Positions 39,837 through 54,409 of a stretch of DNA of 64,000 nucleotides are shown here, piece after piece (within the stretch, counting starts at the first letter, position 1; each line of letters opens with the position of its first letter). The translations under genes and the position numbers were made by a program. Source of the stretch: Antedon mediterranea. Lineage: Eukaryota > Animalia > Echinodermata. The notes under the pieces were generated by a model that saw only the letters and a program-made list of their open reading frames with translations, was not told the origin of the DNA and made no database searches. The stretch lies in NCBI RefSeq assembly GCF_964355755.1, contig NC_092679.1, forward strand, positions 6,664,201-6,728,200. Reading direction: 5' to 3'.

Positions 39837-42462
39837 TATATATTATATTATTATTATTTTAAGTTCATAGAAATAAAATGTCTTTAATAAATAAAGCAAG
39901 GCTACAAACACCTCAATAACTTGACAAGAACAACAAATTAGCTTCCAAGTATACCAACTTCTCTCCTCATAAAGTTCTGTGTAGCTTAATAAAACATCAT
40001 AAGTGTCTTTAATCATTAAGTTGGAGGTATACGTCGCAGCTCTTGTCTAACAAAACCACGCGCTTGCGGCGACACGGTGTATTAAGATTAATTTCCTGGT
40101 CATATCGCTCGACACGTAAAAAGTAATTGTTCTACAATGGCTCGCTGTGATATGAAGATGAGTTGGTATATCGTGTCTGCCAAGTCAAACCAACTCATAA
40201 GACACCTCAATGTAAACATAATTACTTTAATCAGAAGTAATACATGATAACAATGTGATATATAGCTATGTTCACAGATATCTACTTTTAGGATGAATGC
40301 GTTTATTTCTGTCGACTGTGAACGCAATAAACGCATACCGGTTGTGACATATCTAAACTATTGGCAATAATAAATGATTGTAAGAATAACAATGGGATGC
40401 TTCAACGTTTTCGTTGTGTATATAAATCCGACATTCAGAAAACCTAAAAGATTGCAAAAATAACATTTGACTCATCCCATTCTAGTACGGTATCATGTCT
40501 AACAACAAGAAACTGCGGTGCTGTTTAGAAAGTGTTTAACTACAGTATGCATGTAATGTTACTATTGGTTGGAGAAACAACGATTTGCTACATGAAATAC
40601 TTGGACAAAAGTCCTCGAGTTTCGCTCGAAAAATACATCTATGTTTACCTATACACACCTTTACAAAATATTACATAATATGCAAAAACTTGTTCTTTAT
40701 TCGAATTTTAAAAAAAATGTAAGCAATAAGATTTACTACAAATATTCACTAATGATCAGGTAATGTTTCGATATACAGTATCACTTTTCGGTGCCGACAG
40801 ATAAAAGAAAATAAAATCACTTGAGACCATTTGAAGGATCCCATTTACCTTAAGCGGCAAGATTAAAGAATTTCTAACGCAAGTTTTTTTTTCCTTTTAC
40901 AAATAACAAAAACTATAATTATTAAGTCTACAGAGTTGTGATTATCTGTCATACGATTGTATATAATCTCATTTTTCTGATTTGTATGTATAGGTCTGAA
41001 AAAACATTCGGTAATTTCCCCGGAAGGTTTACGATAAAATTATGCGGTTTCACACCTTTTCTATGATGACGTAATTTGTATCGATATTTTAATGTATAAG
41101 TTTGGGAAAAACACCAAATGCCATCAATTCTGGTCTTTTTTGTCATTGATTGTTTGAATGTGTTTATGTTACATTCCTATTAAGATTAAACTCAATTACA
41201 TATTATATGCCATTTACAGTTAATTTATTCAAATGTCGATAGTTTGCAATTCCCAAATGTAACGTTATTTTTATCTAGTGTTTCCACTTGGAAAACGATA
41301 AGATATTGTGTGAAATCTACTACTTCTTTTATTACGATCTGGTAAGAACATTCATGTTAAATGTCGTTAATCAGCCAATGAATAATGTCATGTAGTAATG
41401 AAGTTATGAATGTTTTATTTCATGTGACAAGATACATTTTTTCACCACAAGAAGAAGAAACTAAGTAAAAAAATATCCTGTAAAACAAAAAAACTTCAAA
41501 CGACACAATATAAAGTTCATGTTACTAATAAACCTTAATAAATATCTCGGACACCTAATAAGGAAAGGATAAATAAAACTGCTGGCACTATGCGGAAAGG
41601 TAGAAGGATAGTAGAAAGAAGAAGTCGCGGTCGTCGTCATCAACGTTTGACATATCTCTCTACAATCAATAGCACTCGGCTCACAACAATTTCATTAAAC
41701 TGCATGTAACAGCACTGAGAACAATGATCATCAATGTTAGCCTGCCATTGTATTACGAATCTTACAAAATGGCAAAGTTTCATATCACGATGAAATAATT
41801 ACAGAACTGTCAACAGAAAATAATTACCGTAGTCAACATTAAATTAACAAGTGCGAGAAAAATCTTGTTGGTATCCAGAGAGACATTTCATTCAGTTTCA
41901 ACAGCATCAAATCTACCTATCTGCTTTTGTTTTACATAAGCATAACATTGAATTAACTGGTGTAAATAAACTGTACTTTGATATACAGATGTATTGTGTT
42001 ACCAAATAGATATATATTGCGTAAAATTGAATATAATCTATGCAAACTAGAACGCTCGCCGAAAGTTTCGCATTATTTAGGTCAAATTTAGTTTATCTTA
42101 TTTTCGCACAATAAATCAAATAGACAGTGTGTTAAATCACATTTATACCGAGTCTAACTGTCCAGTTTTAACTAGGACAATTAAATCTATAAATTTGTAT
42201 AGAGTAAAGATATCCGCAGGAAACATAAAAGATGTTTAGTTTAATGTTCACCAAAACCAGCTGACAAACGACTGAATAAAAATCACGATTCCCATTACAG
42301 ATGTAGAATGTTGAGAAAACATCCATACAACGCGAATAAGTTTCTTTGGAACGCGTTTTTAGTGTACACCACCCACGAAAACACAACATAAAAGTCAACA
42401 ACATCTACCCAGACCCTTGACATGCGTGGTAGATAATGATAAATACAAAATGTGAAACTTAC

Positions 42463-43206
42463 CTCAACTAAATTCGGATGTTTTAATTCTTGGTGTAGAG
42501 AGATTTCCTTCATAATTTTAAAATTCGACAAATTGACGCAGTCGTCACGTAAAACGCCTAATTTCATACAGCGTTCTAGATCTATTCCATTTGCCATTGC
42601 ATATTTAATAGCCACAGTTTGTCCCTGCAGCCTAGCCTTATGGACGACTTTTGTATAGCCATTACCAATAGGTGTGACTTCATCTACCTGTAGTAGTAGC
42701 TCACAACCATTGGGCTTGCGGGTAAGGGAGTCTGGACTCTCTACTGACGCCGGTTCAATTTTCCCCGTTGGTTTGTTTTTAGGAAGCGAGTAACCGACCT
42801 GCTTACGCTGAGCAAACGAACCATTTCTAGCTTTGTGGATTTCTTTACTTTTACTCTGTTCTGTAAATCCCTTTGTATACAAAGCTGCGTCCATAAGTTT
42901 TCTCTGGAAGTTTGATTGAACCGTGGTAACCTTTGTGTTCTTGTACAGCAGTGGATTCGGTGGTATTCCTAGATTAATCTGCAGAGCTGATATTTCGTCA
43001 AGACGTTGGTTAAATTGAGCAGAAACATCTTTTAGCTCTCCACTTAATGATGATTGAATATCCGGAGGCTGAATAGCATCAACAGACAAGTCATTTGGAA
43101 GACTATTGGTCCTATGTTCACATAATAACATCTGAGTTGTAAATATTATAAAGAAAATAAAACTAATGTAAAAGATGAAAAATGCTTTTCGTAGGCGACG
43201 CATCAT
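42463..43206 (-). CDS. PKDCC: PKDCC/VLK-like extracellular tyrosine kinase, coding exon 1 of 7
   Basis: Basic then hydrophobic N-terminus (MMRRLRK-AFFIFYISFIFFIIF), stem region, Gly loop IGNGYTKVV, VAIK lysine, KEISLHQELKHPNLVE; donor GAG|GTAAGT; upstream acceptor at 43273. Full join = 1629 nt, 542 aa. Confidence 0.95.
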
Positions 43207-43916
43207 GATGTAAAAAGTAACGAGGTATAACGGTAAAACACACCAGGTACTGTAATTGTTCTCATTTATATTCCTACAGAGAGAAAATAAAAATATATAT
43301 ATAAGTTAACAAAAACTGAAACAATATACACAGTTGTGAATCATTTCAAATATCAATTTATTGCTCGTATTTCAAAATCTTAAATATCATATTACAACGA
43401 CAAAAGAATATTGTTTATTGAAAATACTAAAAAAAAAAATAAAATTGTTGAATACTATTCCAAGTCATGCGGAACACAACACAGAGGCATGAATGAATGC
43501 AAAGTATCAAAATATACTATAAATATGTGTAACCTTGGTGTGCTTTGAAGTCATAACTGGGATTTGAAGGCCTACTGAATCACTGAGCCAAAAACACAAT
43601 TTGTTGAGGGTTTGAAACAGCGTACACGTTGAAAATATTGCAAATGTACAAAACTTCCAAGGCAATATAACCTCTATATATTTTCTTCGTGATGCTTAGA
43701 GCTGGGGTAGATTTGGGGATTACTTTTAGACCATGAGGCTTCGGGGTAACACGGATAGAAGAAAAATATACATAAGAATTTTACATTAAGTCACAAGAAA
43801 TTGATAATATTGAATTCCATGTTATGTTTTTTTTATATTTTCACATGAATATTGAATTAATGACCTTGGGTCAACACAAGAGAAAGAAAAAAACACGGAC
43901 AAAAGTCAGCCTACTG

Positions 43917-43958
43917 AATTGGACTTGAACTCGTCCTCATGACGAGTTAGTTATCCAC
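43917..43958 (-). mobile_element. Isolated 3' end of the Helentron-like family
   Basis: Reverse complement GTGGATAACTAACTCGTCATGAGGACGAGTTCAAGTCCAATT matches 15681-15724. Confidence 0.6.
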
Positions 43959-46150
43959 GAAAACGCAATGCACCTTGATATACTATCGTGAGAAAAATTG
44001 TAGCTAAGAAGTAGGTCAAAACTGAACCAACTATACAACTAAATAACAAACCCCTTTTCACTAATTGTCAATTTAACAACTGGAAACATCAAGCGTATCC
44101 GAGTACAAGAAAGTCTACAGAATGTTTATTGTATAACATATCCCCAGGGTCGGATCTTCTCTTACCGGTATTGGTTATACCTGGATTTTTTCTTGACGGT
44201 TCTTAAATTATTGTATAAAGCTCTGTCTTTATATGACAAAAAAAAGTGATGTGCCCATTATGAACATGATGATGTCATATCACTACTACCATATTTGGGT
44301 AAATCACTACCAAATTTGGACACATCACACTTTTTTTGTAGTGTCGACAGAGCTTAAGAGTGTTTTTTTTTTTTCGCATTATTTTTCTGCTTTTTTCAGA
44401 AATATAACATTTTCAAATACAAATAATTTCTTGGTTTGTTCTTATTTCGTACTTGTGTTTTGGTGAAATAAAAGGTGTATAATATTACCAGATATAATTC
44501 AATCATAAATCGTTTTTGTGTTATTCCACTTACGAATGAATCCCTTATGTGAATATGACGTATGAGACGCCAAAGAATACGGTTTTGATTTCTTTATTAA
44601 TCACACGGTTCGTTATAATTCCATTGATATTGCGCGCAATCCAAATAAATAATGACGCGAATAATGTAAAAAGCATTCGATACACTGCGTCGATTTCTAT
44701 TTTAAGGTAATATTCAATTTTTGTTTAATTGTGTGTTAACAACTAATTGCTAATATAAAATTACGATGTCTTCAAAGGAAGAAAAAATGTGAAATCTCGC
44801 ATACAACGTTCATCCAAGCACAGTTGGTTGTAGTGGCTATGATTATTAAATATATATTAAGCCAAGCCTATTATTATTATCATACTGTAGTACAACATAT
44901 GTATAAATCTTACTTTAGTTTATAAAGAATGTTTAGCTAATTGCAAAACAAGCGAAATATTATTTTAAAAAAAATTATAAAAAGTGAACCAGTCTTAATT
45001 TAATGACAAAACAGAAAGTTGTTTCACTATTTCACGAATGATCTAGGCCTAAATAATGGATTGATACATTACAGCGAACTTTATTGAATAATTCTTGGTA
45101 GCAAATGTCTTTATTAGTAATGGAAATATTCTTTAAAACGATTTTTACACTTTAGTCCAACGTGACTGAAACTGACAGATGACTATAAAATACAGTATAT
45201 TATTTTGTTGACGTATTGTTAGGCTAATGGGCCTTCAATCATTTAGCAATCAACGGTACTGTACAGGCCTGTACCGGCGTGCTGGGATTAGGAGCACATC
45301 GATTGATTAGTGTGTGTTTAAGGCCTACTTAGAGTATAGACATACGACATGTGTTTGCCTACGGTATGATTCTAAACGTGACCTTTTAGGAGAAGAACGG
45401 ACACACATTAATTTGATAAAATAGTTATAGTTTATTATTATGAAATAATCTGACAAGAGAGCTTATTAAAATCTTAAATACATCTACAAATTCATCTAAA
45501 TAAAGTACGGGTATAAGCTTGTAAAAGAATTTACAACATTTACAAAACAGTTTCAAAACATTGAAAAAGGAGTCCAGTACAACAAAAACCTACATTAAAA
45601 AGAGTTCAATTAAAAGAAGCTATATTATAACCTCAGATTGAACCCATGTTGAAAAAGATCAGAGTTCCTCAAAAAAGCCCTCTCTGGTACTGGTACACTT
45701 TCTAACCCATTTTTTCCTCACTCGATGTACAGTATTCTTCTTTTACGATTTTTAAATTTACGTTGACAAGGCATGCTACGTTATTTACACCATGTTTTTC
45801 AATTTACACAACGTTATTACTATGTAAGATTTATCTATTTACACGTTTACTTAGCTATATACACATGTATCTGATTTATCTATACATATGGCGTATGTTA
45901 TTATAAATCTGCAAATACTACAAAGATATATCTATCTTCATAAAATAAATAGATTTGTACATAATTTAAAAGAATATTCATTTCCAAGGAGATTCTACTG
46001 AACTTCTCGTGAAAAATGTCTTTACAAACTTGATCCATAATATATTATTGCTACAGGCAACAGTGATAATATAAAAGATACGTTACACAGCATATAGCTA
46101 AGATTTGATTAATACCTATAATAAATTATAGCAACATTATTATATCTTAC

Positions 46151-46750
46151 CTCGTATAATTTTATCTGGTTGTCATGCTTACTGTCTTCTAGACTGCTTG
46201 TTTAGAAATATCCGATCCGAATGGCACCCTAAACAATAAATCCAAATCCAAATCTGTTCACAGTGAAGCGGATAATCCACAGTAATCTATTACCTGAACC
46301 CTATCCATACAAGATTAGGAGATATTGTCCCAGAAAATCCACCTATACCACGAAAGTTAGGTATTTGTGTTATTACCAAATAAACAATGTTTTTCTGTGT
46401 TTCAACGCAGAAAACCACGAAGCAAAACTGTGCTTTGTTATTGAATTTTTACATAAATCCAGAAACTACTTCAAACGCATTAATTCGCCTAACAAGTGAA
46501 ATAACAACTTGATAACAGAATGGGTGTATCTTGCCCCAGAAAAGTCACCTTAATGCAAATGGTAGTATACGAACAAATATTTCACAAACACTTGGCATAA
46601 GAAATCATATCCGTATAAACTTGTATAAAGCTTAGCACTATTAACCGCGTAAATGTCCGTGGGTGAGTTTATCAGTGCACAGTGGCAAAAGTCGTCTGCA
46701 ATAGAAGCAGACGAGCGTGTGACCGACGAGAGTGATGAATAAGGCGGAAA
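46151..46750 (-). other. Candidate 5' non-coding exon / promoter region of PKDCC
   Basis: Minus-strand donor GAG|GTAAGA at 46151/46150; the coding exon has an upstream acceptor so a leader exon is expected; CCAAT box near 46963; upper boundary is a guess. Confidence 0.35.
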
Positions 46751-47983
46751 ATTACATTTGTTGTCGGTGGTCGCTAATTGCAAACATTAGCCAAGGTATT
46801 GTGAACAGCGTTAGTCAAATAAGCCTAACATTACCATCTCTTCTCCCGTTCAATGGTTCACACTGAATACAAAACGATAATTGACAGCTAAGAAATCCAG
46901 CTCTTGGATATGAATGGTTGGAATATCACCAAGCTGTCTGTGTTACAGTCGCCGAACTGTTAGCCAATCAGAATCAAGCTCACTACTGTATACCCTTACT
47001 GTATCCGTTCTTGCTATTTTATTCGGATGAATTGATTCAAATAATTGCAGTAATTGCGATTTTCTTTAATGATCCAATAAATTAGATAAGCTATTTTAAA
47101 CGGGTTATAATGTTAAAACGTTTATTTTAACAGCCATTCGATCGTGAATTTAAATAATATGCCTATAAAATAGGCATTCTGAATCGAATTGTAAAAGGTG
47201 TATTGTAAACATTGTGTACAAAGGCATAAATGTATATACAATGCAAACAAAAACTCTGACTTGAGACTTTTGTTGTTGCTGGAACCAGTGGGCTTAACGG
47301 GGACATCATTATCGAGCACTTAAGCTGCCGTATACAATCTTACTATTGTGAATTGAATATGTAGGTTGACATCACTATAAGTCAAACTCAAGTTTGATTG
47401 ACACACCAAAATGGGGTAAAAATTTGTCACGTGAGCATTAAATAAAAATGTCAGTGTTAGTCAAAAATTAGACAGGTTAGGCCTAGCGTGAATTACTACA
47501 GTGTAAACCCCGTCTAAAGCTATCCATTCGACAACTTAACAGATTCTCTGTACTGCTACTATAATACTGGAATTGAAAGGTTTTATTGTAAATGATATTG
47601 TGAATCCTGTTCCAATACAGTGAAGGCCTACTTAAGAACTATAATAGGCCCAGCTCTATCCTGCCTTTGTCCTTGTCAATTATAGTCTTATTTAGCCCAA
47701 CACAGTACACTTACCTAATTACCACTCCATTGATCTAACTAAATAATTGAGTAAAGCTCGTTCGATAAGTGATAGTGATTTCTTAACAAAAGCAGTGCGA
47801 TAGACAATGGTGAACGTCCATTAGTAGCATTTAGTTGTAGTAATGTGTGATGAACCACCTTTTACAATACAAAATACAAGGTAAGCTTAGCACTTTGTTT
47901 TACAATTATTAGGTCCTGGATCCGCCATGGTTACTAGGGACGCCAAAGACCCAATAGATATCGTTACCATCGTCTGCTTTTTA

Positions 47984-48280
47984 AGCGTGGTTCCGACTAG
48001 CGACGCAACACAAGGACGTAACGCAACGCAAGTGAATTGACCAATCACAAGCGATGGCTTATTCGCTTGTGATTGCTAACTGTCTATAACTTCGCTTGTC
48101 ATTGTCATTTTGCGTTACGTTCTAGTGGGAACCAAGCTTAAGCTGCGTTCCCACTAAACGCAACGCAAAACGTGTTGACCTATGACAAGCAACAGTTCGA
48201 AAAATCCATTGCTTGTGAATTGTCGAACTCATTTACGCTGCGTTACGTCCTTGTGTTGTGTCTCTAGTGTAAAAGCATTA
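47984..48280. mobile_element. Two abutting MITE family A copies
   Basis: A2 copy 47984-48138 with TIRs, followed directly by an older copy starting AGCTGCGTTCCCACTA at 48141. Confidence 0.72.
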
Positions 48281-48411
48281 AGCTGCGTTCACATAAAGCC
48301 CAGATCCGGTCTGGTGGTCGATAAAAAATCGTGGAAAATGGGAAATAGAATAGAAGCGATACAAGATACCCAGATTTTAGAATTTAGAAGGCATGCAATC
48401 GACGAGAAACA

Positions 48412-48486
48412 AATCACGACTAAATGACGATTCACGACTAAACGACGATTCACGACTAAACGACGATTCACGACTACACGACGAAT
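48412..48486. repeat. 18-bp tandem repeat, about 4 copies
   Basis: Unit TCACGACTAAACGACGAT. Confidence 0.88.
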
Positions 48487-49744
48487 CAGGAGAAACGATT
48501 TACAATGATACATTGATATATTTCCTTTCTTGTTGATTTCTTAGATTTAAGTTTCAAACTAAAAAGAGAGGAGACACAATCGTAGACTAGAACTAATCGA
48601 TGGTCTATTTCCAAAAGCGTTCGATTAGTTTAATAGATAATGGATTACAGCTGCATTGCTAGATCTAAATCGAGCAGATACTTGACTTCAAAAATAGATC
48701 TAACCGAATTGTTTTAATGTACAGTAGTACATCTCTATTGGTTGCCAGAGTGTCTGCCAAAAGCAACTCAATTTATATCAAATACAATGTGTAGCGAACT
48801 CTATATATAGCTTGGAATATCGCATGATATTTTTTTATGAGAATTAATTATGCTTTCTAAACACATATTCGTCTATTTTTAGCCTCCCGTAATTAATTCC
48901 TCAACAATTGACTTGATTCTTTTAAATTATTATTTATAATAACTTGAACAATATAGGATCAACAAATTATGATTTGTACGTACGTGAATAGGTGGATTTG
49001 ACCACATATCTGATTATGCAGCTGTCACTAGGTAAGGTTTAACTGAACATCGAAAGTCATCTAGATACGAGCCTGAACGACGCATAAACGTCTAAAAAAT
49101 CCAGTACGGTAGCACAAACGTCAGCCAATCAAATTCCTCTTCACATATTGAACTATACAGAAGTACACGAATACTAATAATGGAAAAGATGATAATGCCC
49201 TGTACTTCATCGTTAGTATAAAAACTGTATTAGGAGAGCTCTGGGTCAATATTAGTTTGAAATGATCGATATAGCCCGGGTCACGTGGTGCAGGTGGAAC
49301 ATTAATCTGTAGTACATTATATGAATTCAATATCGTAATCAAACATAACTGAACTTAGCGAATTGCAACCTCTGCAAGTAGACACACTTGCACCGAAATT
49401 AAAACATCTATAGTCGTAACTGTACGGAATCAAATTTCAACTGTCATTAGTCGAATTGCATATATAATTGTTATGTTCCCACCAACGAAAGCCTACCATT
49501 ACACTAGGAATTCGGCAACATATTGCGGATAAAAATATATTTTACGGCACTTAAATTTCAGTACTAGGCTACAGTGACGCCACATCTTTTAATAACATTT
49601 TATTAGCTACATTAAATTTAGGTCCTCACATTATACGAGATAACGGAAAGATATCAGTGAAAGACGTACAATTGCTCGAAAGTATATATGAAACTGAACA
49701 TTTCTTATCTCGCATATATTGCTTCATTTTCGTTCAATCATATT

Positions 49745-50104
49745 TTGTTATAACCAAACAATTATCTTACAAATGGAAGACTCTTAAATAAGTTAGAAAA
49801 TCTTCTAATATTCATGCTCACTTTTAACAGTAATTTCCTTTCATTTTATATGAACAGAAACTGCGTTGTTGAAATTACAAAACAATCTAATTTACATTTC
49901 CTTTCTAATTAAACGTACATCTTGTTATAAACCAAAACAATTATCTAAAAAAATGCCTTGCTGAAATCCATCAGTTGGTATAGTCTCTATCCTCTCTCTC
50001 TCTTTCTTTGCTTTCCTTTAACAGTAATTTCCTTTCTTTTTGATAACAGAGATGTTAATAAAAAACTACGTTGTTATTACAAAACAATCTAACATTTCCT
50101 TTCA
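49745..50104. repeat. Old imperfect tandem duplication (about 180-bp period)
   Basis: TTGTTATAACCAAACAATTATCT, TTAACAGTAATTTCCTTTC and TTACAAAACAATCTAA each recur in order. Confidence 0.7.
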
Positions 50105-53100
50105 TTCTACTCAAACACAATCGTTTTAACCAACATGAATTAACCAAAAGTGGTTTATAATGAAATTAAATTATTGAAAGTAGTTAGCAAAACATCGTTT
50201 TATATTGTGTTATTTCTTTTTTCATTCTGCAGCTGTTTTTCAATGTTTATACAAAGAACAGAGTGAATGAACTGGGTAAGATTATCATTTGACATTATAC
50301 ATTAACAAAAGCTATACTAAATATCACCAACTAACCACGTGGTTATTTGAGACTTTTTCTCAAAGTCTATACTTTTTCATTTTAGTAGGTGTGTTCCACA
50401 TAATTCTATTCTTTCTTTCATTACTCTTGTCATTTTATTCTTTCTTCATCCTTAATAATTTTATTCTATCTTTATTTTGTTGTCATTTTATTCTTTGTTG
50501 ACTATTTGTATAGGGTTAGATATTTCATTACATATAACACTTTCTTGAACATTCTTCATTTATTAAAATAAATTTCAAGCATTTTTTTAGTTTCTTATAT
50601 TGCTTGGTAACATCTATCTATGGCAAACACTAAATTGGAAAAGCCTTGCTACTAAACCATTAACCTCTACTGCCAATTCTTTTGCTCTTTCTATGATTTG
50701 ATTTCACAAGATACCTCCACTTCAGACATAGAAATTCAATAACGAACAAGATATTTTCGTAGCCTTCGCAAACTTCGAATTTTCATCTAGCAGCTGTGGA
50801 AATGATTAGAAACGACTAATAAGTTCAAATAATTTCCCTAATAAATGTCTTCAATAAAATTTACATTTTTGTAAGCAGGTGTTAACGGGAAAGTAATTAT
50901 GTAAATTGGCTGATGGCTAATTAATGGTAATTAACTGAAATGTGGTATTTATGCAATAGTTAAAAGTCTTTTTTTTGTGTGTGTCGTGTACATACTACCT
51001 CGATACAAATGTAGACCTACTCCTTTTACACACAAAAAATCCATTACATTCAACGTTAAAATAGTCTAGGCCTATAAGTACTATACTTGTACTACCGTAA
51101 ACCCCTAGCCATAAGCTAGCTCGGGGCCTGATTCACACGAAAGTCTCTCCGCAATAAAGATGTTTCCACGGTGAAAGTTTTACAAAGAAAGGTTCTGTAT
51201 TCATAATATTATATCTATGTATATGATCTATTTATAGTACGAAACTGGGTTATTGTCAATTTTAATGATGCATCTCTAAAACTAAAATTGGTTTTATTTC
51301 ACCTATTAAATAATGGTAATATTATCATAGACATACACAACTGAAAGAAGCGCCTAATAAAATGAGCTGATATACTAATCTACAACAGAATATAGAATTA
51401 AATTCATAATCATAAAAATCATCAATCGAGCCGACTTTGTTCTGAAACCTATCAGTATTGTCAAAGACACGCTGTGTGTATTATATGCATACCATAACAT
51501 CTCAAAAGAAGTCATATTTGGGTTCTTTTCGAGATGGGCTTCTTTTCAATATGGGACTCTTTTCGAGATTTACTTTTGGGGGTGCTTCTTTTCAAAAAGA
51601 AACCCATGGGCTTTCGGTATACCATCATTATGTCCACTAAAATAACATGCTGATAATGTAACTATACGAAGAACATTGCGTCAGGGAAACATCAATTGGA
51701 TGTCCTACTCTGGCATGTCTAGCGCAAGAGTTTCTTTTCGCAAAAATGTAGGCCCCTACTACATTTAGTGCAATATGCTATACATACAGAATTATGGTCG
51801 AATGCGGTTCATTTTTCAATTAAAGTTTATCTTAATTAAAATATAAGTAATCAAGGAATACACAGGGTAAAAGCAGTAAACAATGGATGATAATACGAAA
51901 GAACATCGTTCCGATTAAAATATTTCAATGAAAGTTGATTTGACCACTTTTCTGATGATTTTGGGCTTAGCTCATTCAACTCTATCATTTTGTGTGAAGG
52001 GCGATCATGTAGAATGTGTCGGCAAAACGTCATGCGCGTTTCAAATCCCAAATGAATTGAACGCGTTTCCGACGTTACATGCATGTCATTCTCTGTCGGT
52101 GGATTTTACCTCCCTTAAATGATCCAAAAAAGAATATTTTAATGACCTCCAGCTGAAACTGTCTCTGCCCCGGGGCGATTCATTTGGTTTTATTTTCTTC
52201 TTTTGTGATAAATCGATAAAACATTATCTAAAAACAAACAGAGGATGTAATTATAAGTCCACATTCAACGACCTGGTTCACAAGGGAATACTGTTCAGTT
52301 AATTTAATTAGCAAAACTTGGACATAAACATTTATAAGGTCATTACTACCATAATAATAGATTACTTATTTATTTTCAGTTTTTAATCTTATTTTAAGGA
52401 AAATCCATTTCCCAAAGTTCGATACTTAATTTGACACGTATTTAAACTTCCAAAAAGGTAAAACAAATCATGGTGGAATGTGGTCCATTTTAAAATTAAA
52501 GTTTAGCTTAAAATAATCAACCTTTTGATGGATGTTCTCTTCTCATAAAAGATTTTACCTTTCCTTGGACTTTTTCCCACTCTCCGATTCCACATTCCAC
52601 TTGGTAATTTCAATATTTTGTTAATTTGAAAATGTATGTTTCAACTTTCCAAGTTAAAATTAAATATTTTAAAATTCATTTTCATTTATTTATTTCACGA
52701 TTTTCATTAAAAATTACAATAAACGAAGATTATCCAACGAATTTATTGGAAATTGTAACGACATTTAAGCGTTTATTACCGTAGAACAAAAGGCATCATA
52801 TCGCTTGATCAGCGATCCAAACGACATGGTTCAAAATGATCAGAAATTGGCCTCCTTTTCTTCAATTGCTCCTTGGAGAAAACATACGCGTAATTAAAGA
52901 GGTTTAAGTTTATAAAATGTTTAAATACGCCAGTATGCAATACTTTTCCCGGGATCTTTCCTGGTGATTTAGTCTAGACGAACACATTCTACAACAGTTA
53001 TAGGTCTACCTGATATATTAGTATGCTTTTCATTTGGTTTTTATAACGATTACACAAATATTAATTACAGGCCATTGTGAGCAATAAAATGTATCATTTT

Positions 53101-53625
53101 GCGTGGACATAATGGTAGACATATTACAATTGAAATCCACATCGTTTCCCTGCTCCATATATTTTATTATTAACGTGCATAGGATTTATTAGCTTTTAAA
53201 ACAAATATATAAACTCTTGTTCCTCAACTGGGTCATTTTCTATGAATCACCACTAAATGAGAACTAGGTATGACTCGCAAATATCTTAAATTATGAGGGA
53301 AACTGAAATTAAGGAATAGTAATTTTTTCCCTAGAATGTTATTCTTTTTATGGATGACAGGGATTGGATTTATTTGAATTATTTCTCTGTGTATTATTAA
53401 TAGTTCGAGTAATCAATTTCAAATTTCAAAACATTTGTATGATCAATGTTGATTATTGAACATTCTAATGTAGAACAATAATTGTCTTAGACTTATAAAA
53501 ATCAGTTGGCTGAGATTACATATTACATGATTGCCTTTAACTAGCCCATGGGCGTCATATCGAGTCACTGCGTAATTTTGATTGGCAGAGAGTGTATATT
53601 TTAAAAGCAAAAAATGGTTTAAATT

Positions 53626-54380
53626 TATCTCCGAACATTCTACTGCTCCCTGTTTTTTTTCCTATCTTTTGTATTGCAATATCTTTTGGTGTAACACATT
53701 TCCATCCAATTTAAATAAACTTCAAATACTACAAAAGAAAATCATACGAATAATTTCGAATGTTTCACCTAGAACTAGTACAGATCCTCTATTTCGTTTT
53801 CTTAAATTATTAAAATTGACAGATAGGCCTACTAATATTTTTCAACAATGTTTATTTATTTACAAAAGCCAAAATGCTCTCCTTCCATCTCATTTACGCG
53901 ATATGTTTCACCCAATTATGAATTTCACGGCTATTCTACAAGAATTCTCAATAACCTTCATATTCCTAAACACAAAATTAGACCCAAGATATGGAACTCA
54001 CTTCCTAACAAAATTACAACTTCTGCAAACAAACATAGCTTCATCTTTAACACTAAACAATATTTAATACAAAAGTAATTTAATAATGAGTTATATTGTA
54101 GTTTTAATTACTTCACTATTACTTTATTCATATATACCATTTACTATTATTTACTAATTTGATTTTAATTACTTTTTGTTTTTGTTCAGGCACTTTCAAC
54201 GCAAGCTTTTGCTTTCCAGAAATTGTGCCTCCTCCATAATATTGTTTTATTCATTTTAAAGATGAGAAAACAAATTGTATTGTTTTAACTACCTTACTTC
54301 TCGTTATGAATTTTTGTATTGTATTATTTATATTTTGTATATTATTATTATAAAGGAAATAAATGTTACAATGAAATAAA
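53626..54380 (+). mobile_element. 5'-truncated CR1/L2-group LINE (ORF2 C-terminus and 3' UTR)
   Basis: Frameshifted YCSL..SYLLYCNIFW.NT...LQILQKKIIRII...TDPLF..LKLLK, then H.YSTR, PKIWNSLP: typical post-RT region of CR1/L2/Crack/Daphne elements; AATAAA-rich tail. Confidence 0.85.
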
Positions 54381-54409
54381 ATCTCTCCCTATCATAACCA
54401 CAGTGACAA

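Noticed and set aside
42295-42462. C-terminal 55 aa of the 303-aa ORF
   Set aside because: Intron read-through past the GAG|GTAAGT donor; homology continues at 22283.
50890-50960. TAAT/ATTA cluster as a homeodomain enhancer (also about 62270-62380)
   Set aside because: Expected by chance at this AT content without conservation data.
53582-54078. Host gene from the 161-aa and 76-aa ORFs
   Set aside because: Frameshifted LINE ORF2 remnant.
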